32,000 nucleotides of DNA from NCBI GenBank assembly GCA_943789275.1, contig CALSTM010000003.1:480001-512000 (forward strand), written 5' to 3'. A model generated the notes under the pieces. That model was not told the DNA's origin. It ran no database searches and was given only the letters and a program-made list of their open reading frames with translations. The position numbers were made by a program, and so were the translations under genes. Shown one piece after another: positions 8,380 through 17,807 of the stretch. The stretch's first letter is position 1. Every line of letters starts with the position of its first letter. This DNA is from Candidatus Poseidoniaceae archaeon (GTDB lineage Archaea; Thermoplasmatota; Poseidoniia; Poseidoniales; Poseidoniaceae).

Positions 8380-11300
8380 TTGACGAACGATAATCAACAA
8401 CTTAAAACAGCATTCTTACTTGTTTTCATAATGCTTCTGGCACCGTTTGCAGCAGCCGCAAATGTAACGACATTTGGAGATGGAAACTCCACTGAAGAAA
8501 TCGAATTGAGGGACGGAAGCCCGTTTATCGAATCTGGAATGGTTCACCTTCCTTCTACTGAAACCGTGACCAGTGCATCTGTTGACCTTTCCACTTCGAT
8601 GCTCGAACACAGCGCACATTCTCGAATCGATTTGGATACGATGCCTCGTGTCTGGAATCCGATGTACAACAACCAGCTCACTCAATTCTCGAGCGTCGCC
8701 GACTTTGTCTATGAAGAAGGCTCAAATGCAGTTCCTGTTCAACTGAAGTCTGAAGGCTTCCTCACTGACTTTGAAGAAACGACTGCTGACTTCACAGACC
8801 TCCGAGGCTTGTCAGGTCAGTCCCATGGATGGGATCACGGCTCTATCGACCCAACCACAGTCACTCCAAACATCGACATCCCCGACTGCGCAAGTGGAAC
8901 GTACTGCTGGGGTACTGGCCTGTACGACGAAGATTACACCAGCAAGAGCACTGGATTCAACGGTCGAGATTACAAGATGGTTACCGATTCAATTTTCATT
9001 GATTCTTCGCTCAAGAACTCGTTGGGTTACTTCGATTCTTGGCACGAATTGGATATCCAAACCACCAGCGGAACGAACCCTCAAACCTATTTCCGTGACT
9101 GCGCTTACCTCGAAATACGATCTTCACAGAACGACGACCTCGATATCAGTGACCCGAACGGATTTGAATATCTTGAAATCAGTCTCAGTAATTCTTCGCT
9201 CAATTTTGGTGCAGGATATTACTCCGTCTCTTCCAATCAAAACACTGCAAGTCAAATTGATTCCCGATGCAACGGTGTTGCTGCAGGTGACGGGGCGTTG
9301 GGGGGCACCTCCACGAGTGCTTCGAATCCAACCGGTTGGGGACAAATCGCCTTTGATTTAGGACCTTACATGGGCCAATATGTTCAGATTCGCTTTGTAA
9401 TGGAAGATAACGATGCGACAGGTACAGACGGTGGAAAAGCCGGATGGTATGTCGATAACTTCCGAGTTGGAGACCCTCTCCCCGCATCTGCAAACTTAAC
9501 CATCAACGGGTTCTTGCCATCGATTTCCGGCGGTCCAAACCAACCGAACGGCTACGGAATTCTTACGCTTGAAACCAAAACCACCAGCACAGCCACGATT
9601 ACAGTGGATGTACTCGATTCGTCTTCAGGTTCTATCGTATACGACCGAAACGGTCACGCAATGACCAACCTTCAAGGAGATATTCTCGAATTGTGGGACA
9701 TTAACTCAACGCTCAACCCCTCAGTCGACTTCCGGTTCACTTTCAATTCTGGCCCTGACCGACTTTCATCTCCGGTGTTCCATGGATTCAGTATCGGAAC
9801 TCGTGTTGGAACGGGGTTGAATTCCAGCCAATACGATCAGATACCAAATATTGACCAAGGTGTGTGGTCGACAATCGGCGAACTTGAACCGCTGTTCTAC
9901 ACACCGATTCTTTCTGATGTATCGTATACACCAACCCTCGAACGAAGCAATTTCGACCGGCCGATTACGCGCATCAAACCGTACGTTCAAGCAGACTGTA
10001 CTGAAGTTCCACTGATCGACCTCTTCTCAAACGAAGGCGAGGCAATGTACCAATTGGCCAGTGACGTCGAATACATTTTGGATGAGCCGTGGTTTGGATT
10101 TGATTCTGTCATCGCTTTCGAGGACCCTTGTGATGTTGGTGGCGTTTGGTTTGACCTTACATTTGGCCACCATCCTGACGACATTCGATTGGACATTGCC
10201 AACGATGGCCACATTGATTGGGGCTTCGATGAAGAAGCGTTCGGAAGTTTCGGACGACAGACTCAATTCTTGAAGGCCAAGGTTGACGGTGTAAACTACG
10301 GAAAACCGTCCTCTGACCTCATCATTGACAACACAGGTGTTGCAGAAGGTGCAATGTTTATGCTTCCAAAAGGCGCTGAAGTTTCTTCGGTCGATTTGGT
10401 CTTTGACCAGATGGGTATCTATTCGAATACCGATGAGAATGAAGGATTCGAGTTGTCTCTTCTCTCCGGCACTCAAGAAGTGGCTTTGGGCAGCGTTGGT
10501 AACACGACCCTCCTCACGCTAGCGAACGCACCTGCACTTGATTTCAAGTCAGCCTTGAACTCTTTGCTGGGTAATGCTTTGGTTCCAACCAGTCATTACG
10601 ACGCTTACGGAAACGAGTGGCAAACCTTCCGTTTGAAAGCAGAATCGCCAAACGCTTCAACTGCATCACAAGCCACAGTTCGTGATCTCGACATTGTCTA
10701 CAATTACACCGTATCTTTAGGTACTGCTGACGGGCTTGATCGGGAACTCAACAAGGGAATTGCATTGTGGGAAGGTGGCGCTACTGCTGAAGTCCCCATG
10801 ACTTTTACAAGTTCGACCGGCGGAGGTGCTACGTTGTCAAATCTCATGGTTTCAACCTCCAGTGGATACGAGAACACAATCAGCTTGGCTGGAAACCCAG
10901 TTGGACTGTATCCAAACGGTGCAATCTACGAAATTACGACCTCTCACACGGTGAGTGCTCTTACTGGCTCCTCACTGGCTGAAGCCCGTTTGACGTTCGA
11001 GTCAGACACAGGTAATGTCGTTCTAGGATACAGTGACACCCTGCTGTTCTCCGAAGTCTCCGATGTTGGTGACTTAATCACATTGGAATCTTCGACAGCA
11101 ACAACCATCGCTGATGGAAAGCAAATTACATGGCGATTTGTTGTGAATTCAAACTGGGAAGATACCGACGAAGTTCGAATTTATTCCGGTTTGATCGCTT
11201 CAAACGGCGTCAACGGTCTTCCGGACGCTGTTCTTCTTGCTCCAATCAGCGGTAATGCTGTTGAGAACGATGCTGTGATTACTTCGTTCGAAGTTCTCAA

Positions 11301-14271
11301 CAACATCGGAATCGTTCAGGACCTCGATGACGGAACATCCGGTCAAACGGTCACTCTTAACGGCGCTATACGTCTCCAAGACTTGGCTATTGCACCAGAC
11401 CCAAGCGGGTACTTCATGGTCCTTGAACAGAAATACATCAATAACACCGATGGCAATATTTCCATCGAATGGATTTCAGTTGCAAACCGCTCTGGCTTGC
11501 CTGGTGGCGATTTCAACTGGGATGTTGACCTCGGTATGGCTGCGGGACAAGACACCTACAGATTCCGAATCGACGGTTATGAAGGTGGAGAAACGCTCTG
11601 CCCTGCAGCAGAATACCGGCCTGACAGTGCGTGTGCAATCCCGTTCAATCTCTCGATTGATACGCTGGACCCGAACCTGTTGGTTGTTGAAGTTCTGAAC
11701 GGTCAAGTTGACCCATCTTTGGACAGCAACTGGCGAGTCATGGTCGACGATACTTGGGTTGTGCCTTCGGCAACACAACAGATTCGAATGAATGCCAGTG
11801 ATTTACCGAACCCACCAGAAACACTTGACATCAAGATTTGGGTGGAGTACGACCACGATGCAAATTCCAATGGACTTGCAGATGCAACCGAATACATCAC
11901 CGTAACTGCATACAGTGACGGCGAGGCACCTTTTGCCAACTATACTGCAACCTATAACGACTACGCAAACGTGGGACAAGACCCGGTTGGTAAAGTTAGC
12001 ATTTGGATTGAAGGGTACGATAAGGCCGGAAATCCAATTGACGGCGGTGCACCCGGCTTTGATAACGACCACTTCACCTATGTTTCGATGAGTTCCAAGT
12101 CCCCAGTGATTCGCAACTTCTTCGTTGATGATTCTCAAGACAACCGTTTCCTCAAATCGAACCAACAGCAATACAACGGAAAGTGGAACCATACCATGTA
12201 TGCAGGTAACGTCTACCACCTCATCGTTGAAGCCAAGGACGACAACGGATGGCGAGACGTCGACTATTTCCGTATCGACATGGCCGATGACCGAGATGAT
12301 ATGACCGTCTACTACTATCCTCGGAACAACACGGCATGGACCAACAGCCCGTACATCGAGATTCTTGCTGAAGACGGCGACGTGGAAGGTCCACGTGTTC
12401 TGCGAATGGATGGCGGTGTCTTGATTGACCCGTTCGAGTCCGAATTTTACCTTGACCTTCCAATTCGAATGACTTGGGGTCTGCCTGGTGCAACAACCTC
12501 GCTCAATAACCCCGTTCTGTACATGCAGGACCTCGACAATCCACGGTACAGAATGCTACCAGCCTCTGGACGACACATCCAAGATTGGTACTACAGCGAC
12601 GGTATCCAAATTGACTTCCGTGCAGATTCTGCAAATGACTTGATGATTTCACCGATTTTCAGTGATTTGATGACGCCAATTACACAAGATGTTCGCAAGG
12701 GCTTTGTTTACCCTGGCGACATCATCTCGTTTGAAGGGCAATACGCATATCTTGACGGAATTCTCGATCAGGTATACATCACTCCTGAGATCGAATTGAC
12801 ACTCGAACTGACCCGTCAAGCAGCTGCTATGGACGGTTCAAAGGGTTACATCGCCTTCCCTGGCGAAGTGACGTACCACTCGTTTACCGGTGGTGTCTTT
12901 GACATCAACATCACTGCACCTCCTGTCACGAACGATTATACCTACACATTCCGATTGTGTCCTTACGATGCAACCGGCGGTGAAGGTGGAGTGAACGGTG
13001 AATGTGGTCTTGGAATCGAAGGCTTGCCAATGGGTGCAGTTGACACATCGTCAGCCATTTGCGTTTCAGCAGCATACGGATGCCAGACATTCAATTTGAG
13101 AGTCGACGCATCCGCTCCTCTGGTTGTCTCGAACACTTGGACTCTGAAAGACGGAAACCAAGAACCGTTGGCGAACGTTCTGCCGACCTCGACTTTCCAC
13201 TGCGTTGATGTAGAAGTCGTTATCCAAGAACAGGAAGCCTTGTTCCAAGGCGATGTCTCCGTTGCTTGGAGTTTCTTTTCTGACCCGACGAACAACATCA
13301 CATGGCCTGTTTACCGAGCAACCTTTGGTGATATGCCTATGACACAGGAATTGACGCTCAACCCGAGTGGAGGCTCGTACTTTGCTTCTGCAGAATGTGT
13401 CGACCTTTGGCCGATTACCGAAGGACAGACTGACCCTGACGAATCTCAAATCGACAGTGTTGAAGTCGTCTTCTGGATTGATGCAACCGATTCTGCTGGA
13501 ACTCAAGCCATGCTTGGAGGCGGGCCGACAGACGAAGGCGGTATTGGGCCAATCTTCTCCAGCGATCCAACGCACAAATCCAGTTACGAACTGATTTTCG
13601 AAGAAGCATCGTTCGATGTGAAGAACGTCCGAATGAATCCGGCCAAACCGGAAGTTGGTGAAGATATTGAACTTGAGATTGAAGTTCTGAACACCGGAAC
13701 GCTCGAAGGTTCGACTGTACTGAACGTTCGTTCAGTCATCAACGGTGGTGTTCCAGTGCTTGAAGCGAGCATTGACACCGGAGACATTGCTATTGGAACC
13801 TCTCAATGGGTGAAGGTTGATTTGCAACAATTCACTTTGGCAACGACTGGAATGTATTATCTCATCTCGGACAACACCACTGGAGAACTGTTGTACAACG
13901 GTTCTTCACAGGGCGAGTCGTTCAACGTCAAGGTTCAGAGCGAGTCGGGCAGTTCTGGTGGATTCTTGCTGATTTTGGCGATTATGGGTATCGCAGTTGC
14001 GGTCCTTGGTACACTGGTTGTGGTTTTGATTCGCCGTGGAGGTAACGATGACTTGTTCGAAGATTACGAGGAGGTCGAGGAGAAAACGTACGTTGATTTG
14101 CCTGGGCAATCGGCACCGGTTTCTGGACCGCCAGCTCCTGCAGCGAACGTCTCACCTGAGATGGCTCAAGCAATGGAACGGTTCCCACAATGGACTCAAG
14201 ACGAAATCCAAGGTTACTTCGACCAAGGATGGAGTATTGATGCTCTGCAAGACTGGGTTAACAGTCAGTGA
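8380..14271 (+). CDS. Giant (1963 aa) secreted surface protein with a C-terminal TM anchor and acidic cytoplasmic tail; putative adhesin or S-layer-associated protein
   Basis: TTG start; the next in-frame ATG would delete the signal h-region. The N-terminal signal-like segment is KTAFLLVFIMLLAPFAAAANV. A jelly-roll (MAM / choice-of-anchor-J-like) ending reads GWGQIAFDLGPYMGQYVQIRFVMED...GWYVDNFRVGD. A CARDB-like segment NVRMNPAKPEVGEDIELEIEVLNTGTLEGS lies near the C-terminus. The single TM FLLILAIMGIAVAVLGTLVVVLI (nt 13963-14031) is followed by a 75-aa acidic tail. Confidence 0.85.
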   Translation: MTNDNQQLKTAFLLVFIMLLAPFAAAANVTTFGDGNSTEEIELRDGSPFIESGMVHLPSTETVTSASVDLSTSMLEHSAHSRIDLDTMPRVWNPMYNNQLTQFSSVADFVYEEGSNAVPVQLKSEGFLTDFEETTADFTDLRGLSGQSHGWDHGSIDPTTVTPNIDIPDCASGTYCWGTGLYDEDYTSKSTGFNGRDYKMVTDSIFIDSSLKNSLGYFDSWHELDIQTTSGTNPQTYFRDCAYLEIRSSQNDDLDISDPNGFEYLEISLSNSSLNFGAGYYSVSSNQNTASQIDSRCNGVAAGDGALGGTSTSASNPTGWGQIAFDLGPYMGQYVQIRFVMEDNDATGTDGGKAGWYVDNFRVGDPLPASANLTINGFLPSISGGPNQPNGYGILTLETKTTSTATITVDVLDSSSGSIVYDRNGHAMTNLQGDILELWDINSTLNPSVDFRFTFNSGPDRLSSPVFHGFSIGTRVGTGLNSSQYDQIPNIDQGVWSTIGELEPLFYTPILSDVSYTPTLERSNFDRPITRIKPYVQADCTEVPLIDLFSNEGEAMYQLASDVEYILDEPWFGFDSVIAFEDPCDVGGVWFDLTFGHHPDDIRLDIANDGHIDWGFDEEAFGSFGRQTQFLKAKVDGVNYGKPSSDLIIDNTGVAEGAMFMLPKGAEVSSVDLVFDQMGIYSNTDENEGFELSLLSGTQEVALGSVGNTTLLTLANAPALDFKSALNSLLGNALVPTSHYDAYGNEWQTFRLKAESPNASTASQATVRDLDIVYNYTVSLGTADGLDRELNKGIALWEGGATAEVPMTFTSSTGGGATLSNLMVSTSSGYENTISLAGNPVGLYPNGAIYEITTSHTVSALTGSSLAEARLTFESDTGNVVLGYSDTLLFSEVSDVGDLITLESSTATTIADGKQITWRFVVNSNWEDTDEVRIYSGLIASNGVNGLPDAVLLAPISGNAVENDAVITSFEVLNNIGIVQDLDDGTSGQTVTLNGAIRLQDLAIAPDPSGYFMVLEQKYINNTDGNISIEWISVANRSGLPGGDFNWDVDLGMAAGQDTYRFRIDGYEGGETLCPAAEYRPDSACAIPFNLSIDTLDPNLLVVEVLNGQVDPSLDSNWRVMVDDTWVVPSATQQIRMNASDLPNPPETLDIKIWVEYDHDANSNGLADATEYITVTAYSDGEAPFANYTATYNDYANVGQDPVGKVSIWIEGYDKAGNPIDGGAPGFDNDHFTYVSMSSKSPVIRNFFVDDSQDNRFLKSNQQQYNGKWNHTMYAGNVYHLIVEAKDDNGWRDVDYFRIDMADDRDDMTVYYYPRNNTAWTNSPYIEILAEDGDVEGPRVLRMDGGVLIDPFESEFYLDLPIRMTWGLPGATTSLNNPVLYMQDLDNPRYRMLPASGRHIQDWYYSDGIQIDFRADSANDLMISPIFSDLMTPITQDVRKGFVYPGDIISFEGQYAYLDGILDQVYITPEIELTLELTRQAAAMDGSKGYIAFPGEVTYHSFTGGVFDINITAPPVTNDYTYTFRLCPYDATGGEGGVNGECGLGIEGLPMGAVDTSSAICVSAAYGCQTFNLRVDASAPLVVSNTWTLKDGNQEPLANVLPTSTFHCVDVEVVIQEQEALFQGDVSVAWSFFSDPTNNITWPVYRATFGDMPMTQELTLNPSGGSYFASAECVDLWPITEGQTDPDESQIDSVEVVFWIDATDSAGTQAMLGGGPTDEGGIGPIFSSDPTHKSSYELIFEEASFDVKNVRMNPAKPEVGEDIELEIEVLNTGTLEGSTVLNVRSVINGGVPVLEASIDTGDIAIGTSQWVKVDLQQFTLATTGMYYLISDNTTGELLYNGSSQGESFNVKVQSESGSSGGFLLILAIMGIAVAVLGTLVVVLIRRGGNDDLFEDYEEVEEKTYVDLPGQSAPVSGPPAPAANVSPEMAQAMERFPQWTQDEIQGYFDQGWSIDALQDWVNSQ

Positions 14272-15089
14272 GTGTGAACTTCGTGCCCGCTCGACTTGAA
14301 TGGGGCGATCACTTTTGGGAAGACCCGAATGGAGGGAAAATCCTCATTCATTCAGTCCTTCCAACGGTCGTTTATCCACGGGCAATGCGTACACGGGAAA
14401 CTTGGCATGCTTTGGCTTTGCTTGAATCTCCCGATGTCGTGGACTTGTGGGTTCAGGAAGAAAAAGACGAGGCAGAATCTCCTGGAGTGAACTTGTCTCA
14501 TGGCCTGATATCAGGGGGCTCTTTCGGGATTTTCTTGGATGAAATTTCGATGGTTGAAGATGTGACCAGCGGTCGTTTTCCTGACCCAGAACCTCGGCGA
14601 CTTCATCGAAATGCCGTTCGTCATGAACGCCCAGTGTACTTTATCGAACCAACAGCAGACGATGAGGAGTGGAACAAACACCTCACTCGTGAAGCCAAAG
14701 CAGCTTCTCATTGGCGGAAGTTACTCGGCATGATTTCGATTGGTGGGAAATGGCGAAAGCGAGTGAAGAAGAATATATTCGATGCACAAAAGCCTCCGAA
14801 GGGTGTTTCTCCAAATTTTGGTTCAGCAGCGGTTCTTTCCGCTACGTGGTGGGACTTGAGTGAATGGATTGTCTCGTCAGAAGTCGCTTCGGCCCGAGAC
14901 CAGCGTTATGCTGCTCGCCTACGCGGTGCTTTGGCATCTCTTCGTGATGCCCACGGCGATGATGCAACCCTCCTCGTGGTGACGTACTTGCCTCATCGCA
15001 ATGCTCTCTTGGAGGCGCTTGAATCTCTTCCAGACCAAGAGGAGATTAGTTTAATCACCACACCATCCGGTCAAACAGAGGAGGAATGA
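14268..15089 (+). CDS. Hypothetical cytoplasmic protein, translationally coupled to the giant surface protein gene
   Basis: 273-aa ORF. Its GTG start overlaps the upstream stop (GTGA, 4-nt overlap) and its own stop overlaps the next start (ATGA). No TM segment or motif I recognise. A basic patch KWRKRVKK is present. Confidence 0.6.
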   Translation: MSVNFVPARLEWGDHFWEDPNGGKILIHSVLPTVVYPRAMRTRETWHALALLESPDVVDLWVQEEKDEAESPGVNLSHGLISGGSFGIFLDEISMVEDVTSGRFPDPEPRRLHRNAVRHERPVYFIEPTADDEEWNKHLTREAKAASHWRKLLGMISIGGKWRKRVKKNIFDAQKPPKGVSPNFGSAAVLSATWWDLSEWIVSSEVASARDQRYAARLRGALASLRDAHGDDATLLVVTYLPHRNALLEALESLPDQEEISLITTPSGQTEEE

Positions 15090-15634
15090 GTATGACCGGT
15101 GCAGCCATTGAAGTCCGTATTGAAAATCAACTTGTCCGGTTTGTTCCACCGACGCCCATCGTTCAGCAAGATGTCGTCTCACAACTTGGCGGTCAAGAGA
15201 ACAGTGGAGTGGTCATCAAAGTCCTCGACCGGCCTCGTGCTACTCTCATCATCGATGCAGAAGGCCGAATCACCGTCCACGGAACACAACGTGTTGATGC
15301 AGCAAGAGCTGCAGCAAAGGAATTCATGCTTCGCTTGGGACTGAGCGATGTCGGATTGGAAACTGAACTCGGCCCCGTTATTGCTTCCTTTGATTTCGGA
15401 ATGCCGTTGAGTATTACCCAAATCGTTGGTGAAATCGGTGCGGGTACAGCAACCTACGATGAACGCCTCGGTTGCTGTCTGTTGGATGATTCTCGCCATA
15501 ACTTAACACTCAAAGTTTGGCCAAACGGTCGTTGCATTGTCACCAATGCTCGGCACAGCAACATGGTCGCTATGGCTGCGGTGTATTGGCGAGACAAATT
15601 TTCTGAGAACAATTTCTTTATTGAGCGAGTTTAA
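15086..15634 (+). CDS. Highly divergent TBP-fold (TATA-box-binding-protein-like, two-repeat) protein
   Basis: 182 aa, the size of archaeal TBP. Repeat 1 is VRIENQLVRF...ATLIIDAEGRITVHGTQRVDAARAAAKEFMLRL (compare TBP LRIENIVAS...ALLIFSSGKLVVTGAKS...A..K). Repeat 2 is PVIASFDFGMPLSITQIVGEIG..ATYDERLGCCLLDD..LTLKVWPNGRCIVTNARH. The canonical YEPEQFPG stirrup is absent or degenerate, especially in repeat 1. Confidence 0.45.
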   Translation: MSMTGAAIEVRIENQLVRFVPPTPIVQQDVVSQLGGQENSGVVIKVLDRPRATLIIDAEGRITVHGTQRVDAARAAAKEFMLRLGLSDVGLETELGPVIASFDFGMPLSITQIVGEIGAGTATYDERLGCCLLDDSRHNLTLKVWPNGRCIVTNARHSNMVAMAAVYWRDKFSENNFFIERV

Positions 15635-15658
15635 TCAACGAAACACTGTTTGTTCTCC

Positions 15659-15677
15659 CATGCGTTAAAATCGCATG
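15659..15677 (+). promoter_or_regulatory. Stem-loop CATGCG-TTAAAAT-CGCATG between the TBP-like gene and the TatD gene; the loop is TATA-like
   Basis: Perfect 6-bp inverted repeat, 15659-15664 with 15672-15677, and a 7-nt A/T loop. It lies 25 nt after the stop at 15634 and 17 nt before the ATG at 15694. It could be a terminator hairpin or a promoter TATA element; this is unresolved. Confidence 0.25.
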
Positions 15678-15680
15678 ATG

Positions 15681-15686
15681 AGGAGG
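15681..15686 (+). promoter_or_regulatory. Shine-Dalgarno AGGAGG for the TatD-like gene
   Basis: AGGAGG lies 7 nt upstream of the ATG at 15694. Confidence 0.6.
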
Positions 15687-15693
15687 AACAAAC

Positions 15694-16581
15694 ATGGAGG
15701 CGTCGAAACGATGGGATGGCCCTGTTCTCGACAATCATTTTCATTTGAATCGAAATGGGCGTTACTTGGATGCTGCTCATGATTTCAAAAAGGCTGGTGG
15801 TACGGACATTGTTTTGGTTCACTGTCCAGATTTCTCAGCACCACCTACCGAGAAAGTTGGGCACACTGAGACGTATGCTGACACGGTAAAAATGGCTGAA
15901 GAGGTTCGTAAAAAGGTCGGTCTTGGCGTTCGTGTGGTACTCGGTCCACACCCTGCTGCTTTTGCTCACCAGTTCGCAGCATGGATGGAGGAATCTGGGG
16001 AACAAGGTGCCCAGAGGGCCATGGAGAATTATCGCAACAGCATTGATGCTGCTTTGGAGTTTGTTCATGAGGGGAAGGCGCACGCCATTGGTGAAGTTGG
16101 AAGGCCTCATTGGCCGGTGGATGACACCATTTGGGATTTGTCCAACACCCTGCTTTTAGAAACCATGCATTTGGCAAAAAAAGAAGGTATTGCTCTGCAA
16201 CTCCACGTCGAAGGTGAACTTGAATCAACATACCGAGACCTTTCGAATATGGCTGAAAAAGCAGGCCTTTCCCCACGGCGCTTAGTTCGCCATTATGCCC
16301 CCGCAACAATTTCTAAAGAAGTCACGCAAGGTCTTACTCCAAGTGTTTTGATTGGAAAAGGGGCCATTCCTGAATTAATGCAATCGGTTGAATCCTGCTC
16401 ACACGGCTTCTTCCTTGAAACGGATTACATGGATGACGTACGCCGTCCAGGGGCTGTTTTGGGTCCCAAAACTGTGCCAAAAAGAACAAATCAACTTTTA
16501 GAGGCCGGATTAGACGAAGAATATCTTTGGAAAGCCCATCGTGACCTTGCGGATGAACTCTACGGGCCGAGCATAAGATGA
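15694..16581 (+). CDS. TatD-related metal-dependent hydrolase (amidohydrolase/TIM-barrel fold, COG1099-like)
   Basis: 295-aa ORF. It has an N-terminal metal-binding LDNHFHL (HxH), AIGEVGRPHW (Glu ligand region) and LQLHVEG (His ligand). This layout is typical of the archaeal TatD-related family. Confidence 0.7.
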   Translation: MEASKRWDGPVLDNHFHLNRNGRYLDAAHDFKKAGGTDIVLVHCPDFSAPPTEKVGHTETYADTVKMAEEVRKKVGLGVRVVLGPHPAAFAHQFAAWMEESGEQGAQRAMENYRNSIDAALEFVHEGKAHAIGEVGRPHWPVDDTIWDLSNTLLLETMHLAKKEGIALQLHVEGELESTYRDLSNMAEKAGLSPRRLVRHYAPATISKEVTQGLTPSVLIGKGAIPELMQSVESCSHGFFLETDYMDDVRRPGAVLGPKTVPKRTNQLLEAGLDEEYLWKAHRDLADELYGPSIR

Positions 16582-16657
16582 GTAGAGAGGCATTTTCCTA
16601 CGACAAAAAGCCATCACATTCATGAGTGGATGCATACACCGAGGGTTGGTGGCATCC

Positions 16658-17770
16658 ATGCGAAAGGGTCTGATTCTTTGTATTGTGTTCGGGCTTTTCC
16701 TTGCCCCTTGCCTCGTACCTTCTGCCTCGGCTCAAGGCTCTCCAATACCCGCAGTCGAACTGGATTGTGGCTCTTCCGACCCGGTTCTGGATGTTCGTCC
16801 AACCTCGGACGCTGAGGTCAAACTCCAGTGCACAGTCACCAACCCGACCTCGGCAAGTGAAGTTATCAGTATTGAAACTGTTGAATGGGACGGTACTTTG
16901 GTCGAAATGGCACTCAGTGAAGATTCGTTCACTCTCGCAGCAGGTGAAGAAGACACCTTTGACATCGTATTCACCGGCCAAACAAAAATTCCAGCATCAA
17001 CAGACTACTCCTTTGAAATTGGTGCAAAGGTCGAGTCGTGGAACAATCTTCCTTATGGACAACTTCCTGATGGTCCATGGGTCGCTAATACATCTCACAC
17101 TGGTGATTTGATTGTTGAATCCTATGGAATGGTCGAATTGCTTCTTTCCGATGTTTCAACCCGATACATGGATACAAGCGAAGAAGTTGAATTTTCTTTC
17201 CAAGTAACAAACAAGGGTAACGACGATGACACAATGGAAGTCATTTTTGTCAATGCAGCAGACCTTGAAGCAGCACAATTTAGCTTCCCAGGGGGTAAGT
17301 TGGTGAGCGAGAACGTAGCCTATCAGGGCACATCAAGCGTCAAAACGCTGTCGATTCGTGCACCATCTTCGGTGACTGAAGACTTACGAATGCCTCTCAT
17401 TATTCGTGCTCAAAGCGGTGACGATAACAACGCACCCTTCAGCGAAATCACCATCCAACTCGACATCACCGCTCCCTCAAAAAGCGCTGGTATTGATGGA
17501 CTTGACTCCTTGAACTCCGACAGTACGCTGCTGTACGCCTCGATCGGCGGTGGAGCCATTCTTCTTCTCTTGTTCTTGGTTGTCTTAATTCGAGTGGTGA
17601 CAAAGAAGAAACCAAAATCAAAATCCCAGCCTCAAATTCAGCAACCGCTTATTCTGCCAGATGAGCCAGTTCAAGAACAAGCATCGGATGATTTTGATGA
17701 CCTTTTCGACGAACTTGATGGAGCCCAGCCTCCAGAGGATGAATTCGATGATTTATTCGACGACCTGTAA
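16658..17770 (+). CDS. Secreted surface protein with CARDB/NEW3-like beta-sandwich repeats, a C-terminal TM anchor and an acidic DDLF-repeat tail
   Basis: The signal peptide is MRKGLILCIVFGLFLAPCLVPSASAQG (ATG at 16658; the ORF track starts at 16622). Beta-sandwich-like segments include LQCTVTNPTSASEVISIE and FSFQVTNKGNDDDTMEV. The TM is LLYASIGGGAILLLLFLVVLIRVV, followed by KKKPKSK. The tail is DDFDDLFDELDGAQPPEDEFDDLFDDL. Confidence 0.7.
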   Translation: MRKGLILCIVFGLFLAPCLVPSASAQGSPIPAVELDCGSSDPVLDVRPTSDAEVKLQCTVTNPTSASEVISIETVEWDGTLVEMALSEDSFTLAAGEEDTFDIVFTGQTKIPASTDYSFEIGAKVESWNNLPYGQLPDGPWVANTSHTGDLIVESYGMVELLLSDVSTRYMDTSEEVEFSFQVTNKGNDDDTMEVIFVNAADLEAAQFSFPGGKLVSENVAYQGTSSVKTLSIRAPSSVTEDLRMPLIIRAQSGDDNNAPFSEITIQLDITAPSKSAGIDGLDSLNSDSTLLYASIGGGAILLLLFLVVLIRVVTKKKPKSKSQPQIQQPLILPDEPVQEQASDDFDDLFDELDGAQPPEDEFDDLFDDL

Positions 17771-17807
17771 GGCCTTCGGCTTAGACATGAGGGTCTTAGA
17801 ACCTCCG

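Noticed and set aside
9318-9332. tRNA T-arm-like strings (TTCGAATCC at about 9323; GGTTCGAGG at about 27846).
   Set aside because: Both lie inside well-supported CDSs, and no acceptor, D or anticodon stems can be built around them. I found no convincing tRNA in any intergenic region.
8416-13787. Antisense and alternate-frame ORFs within the giant surface protein gene (e.g. 10027-10476 -, 13066-13575 -, 8771-9361 +).
   Set aside because: They are shadow ORFs inside a single long ORF that has a coherent signal peptide, beta-sandwich motifs and a TM anchor. None has recognisable motifs.
8380-14271. Possible enrichment of N-glycosylation sequons (N-x-S/T) in the giant surface protein.
   Set aside because: My manual count gave about 21 sequons in 1963 aa. 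That is close to what the protein's Asn and Ser/Thr content would give by chance, so there is no evidence of enrichment from sequence alone.
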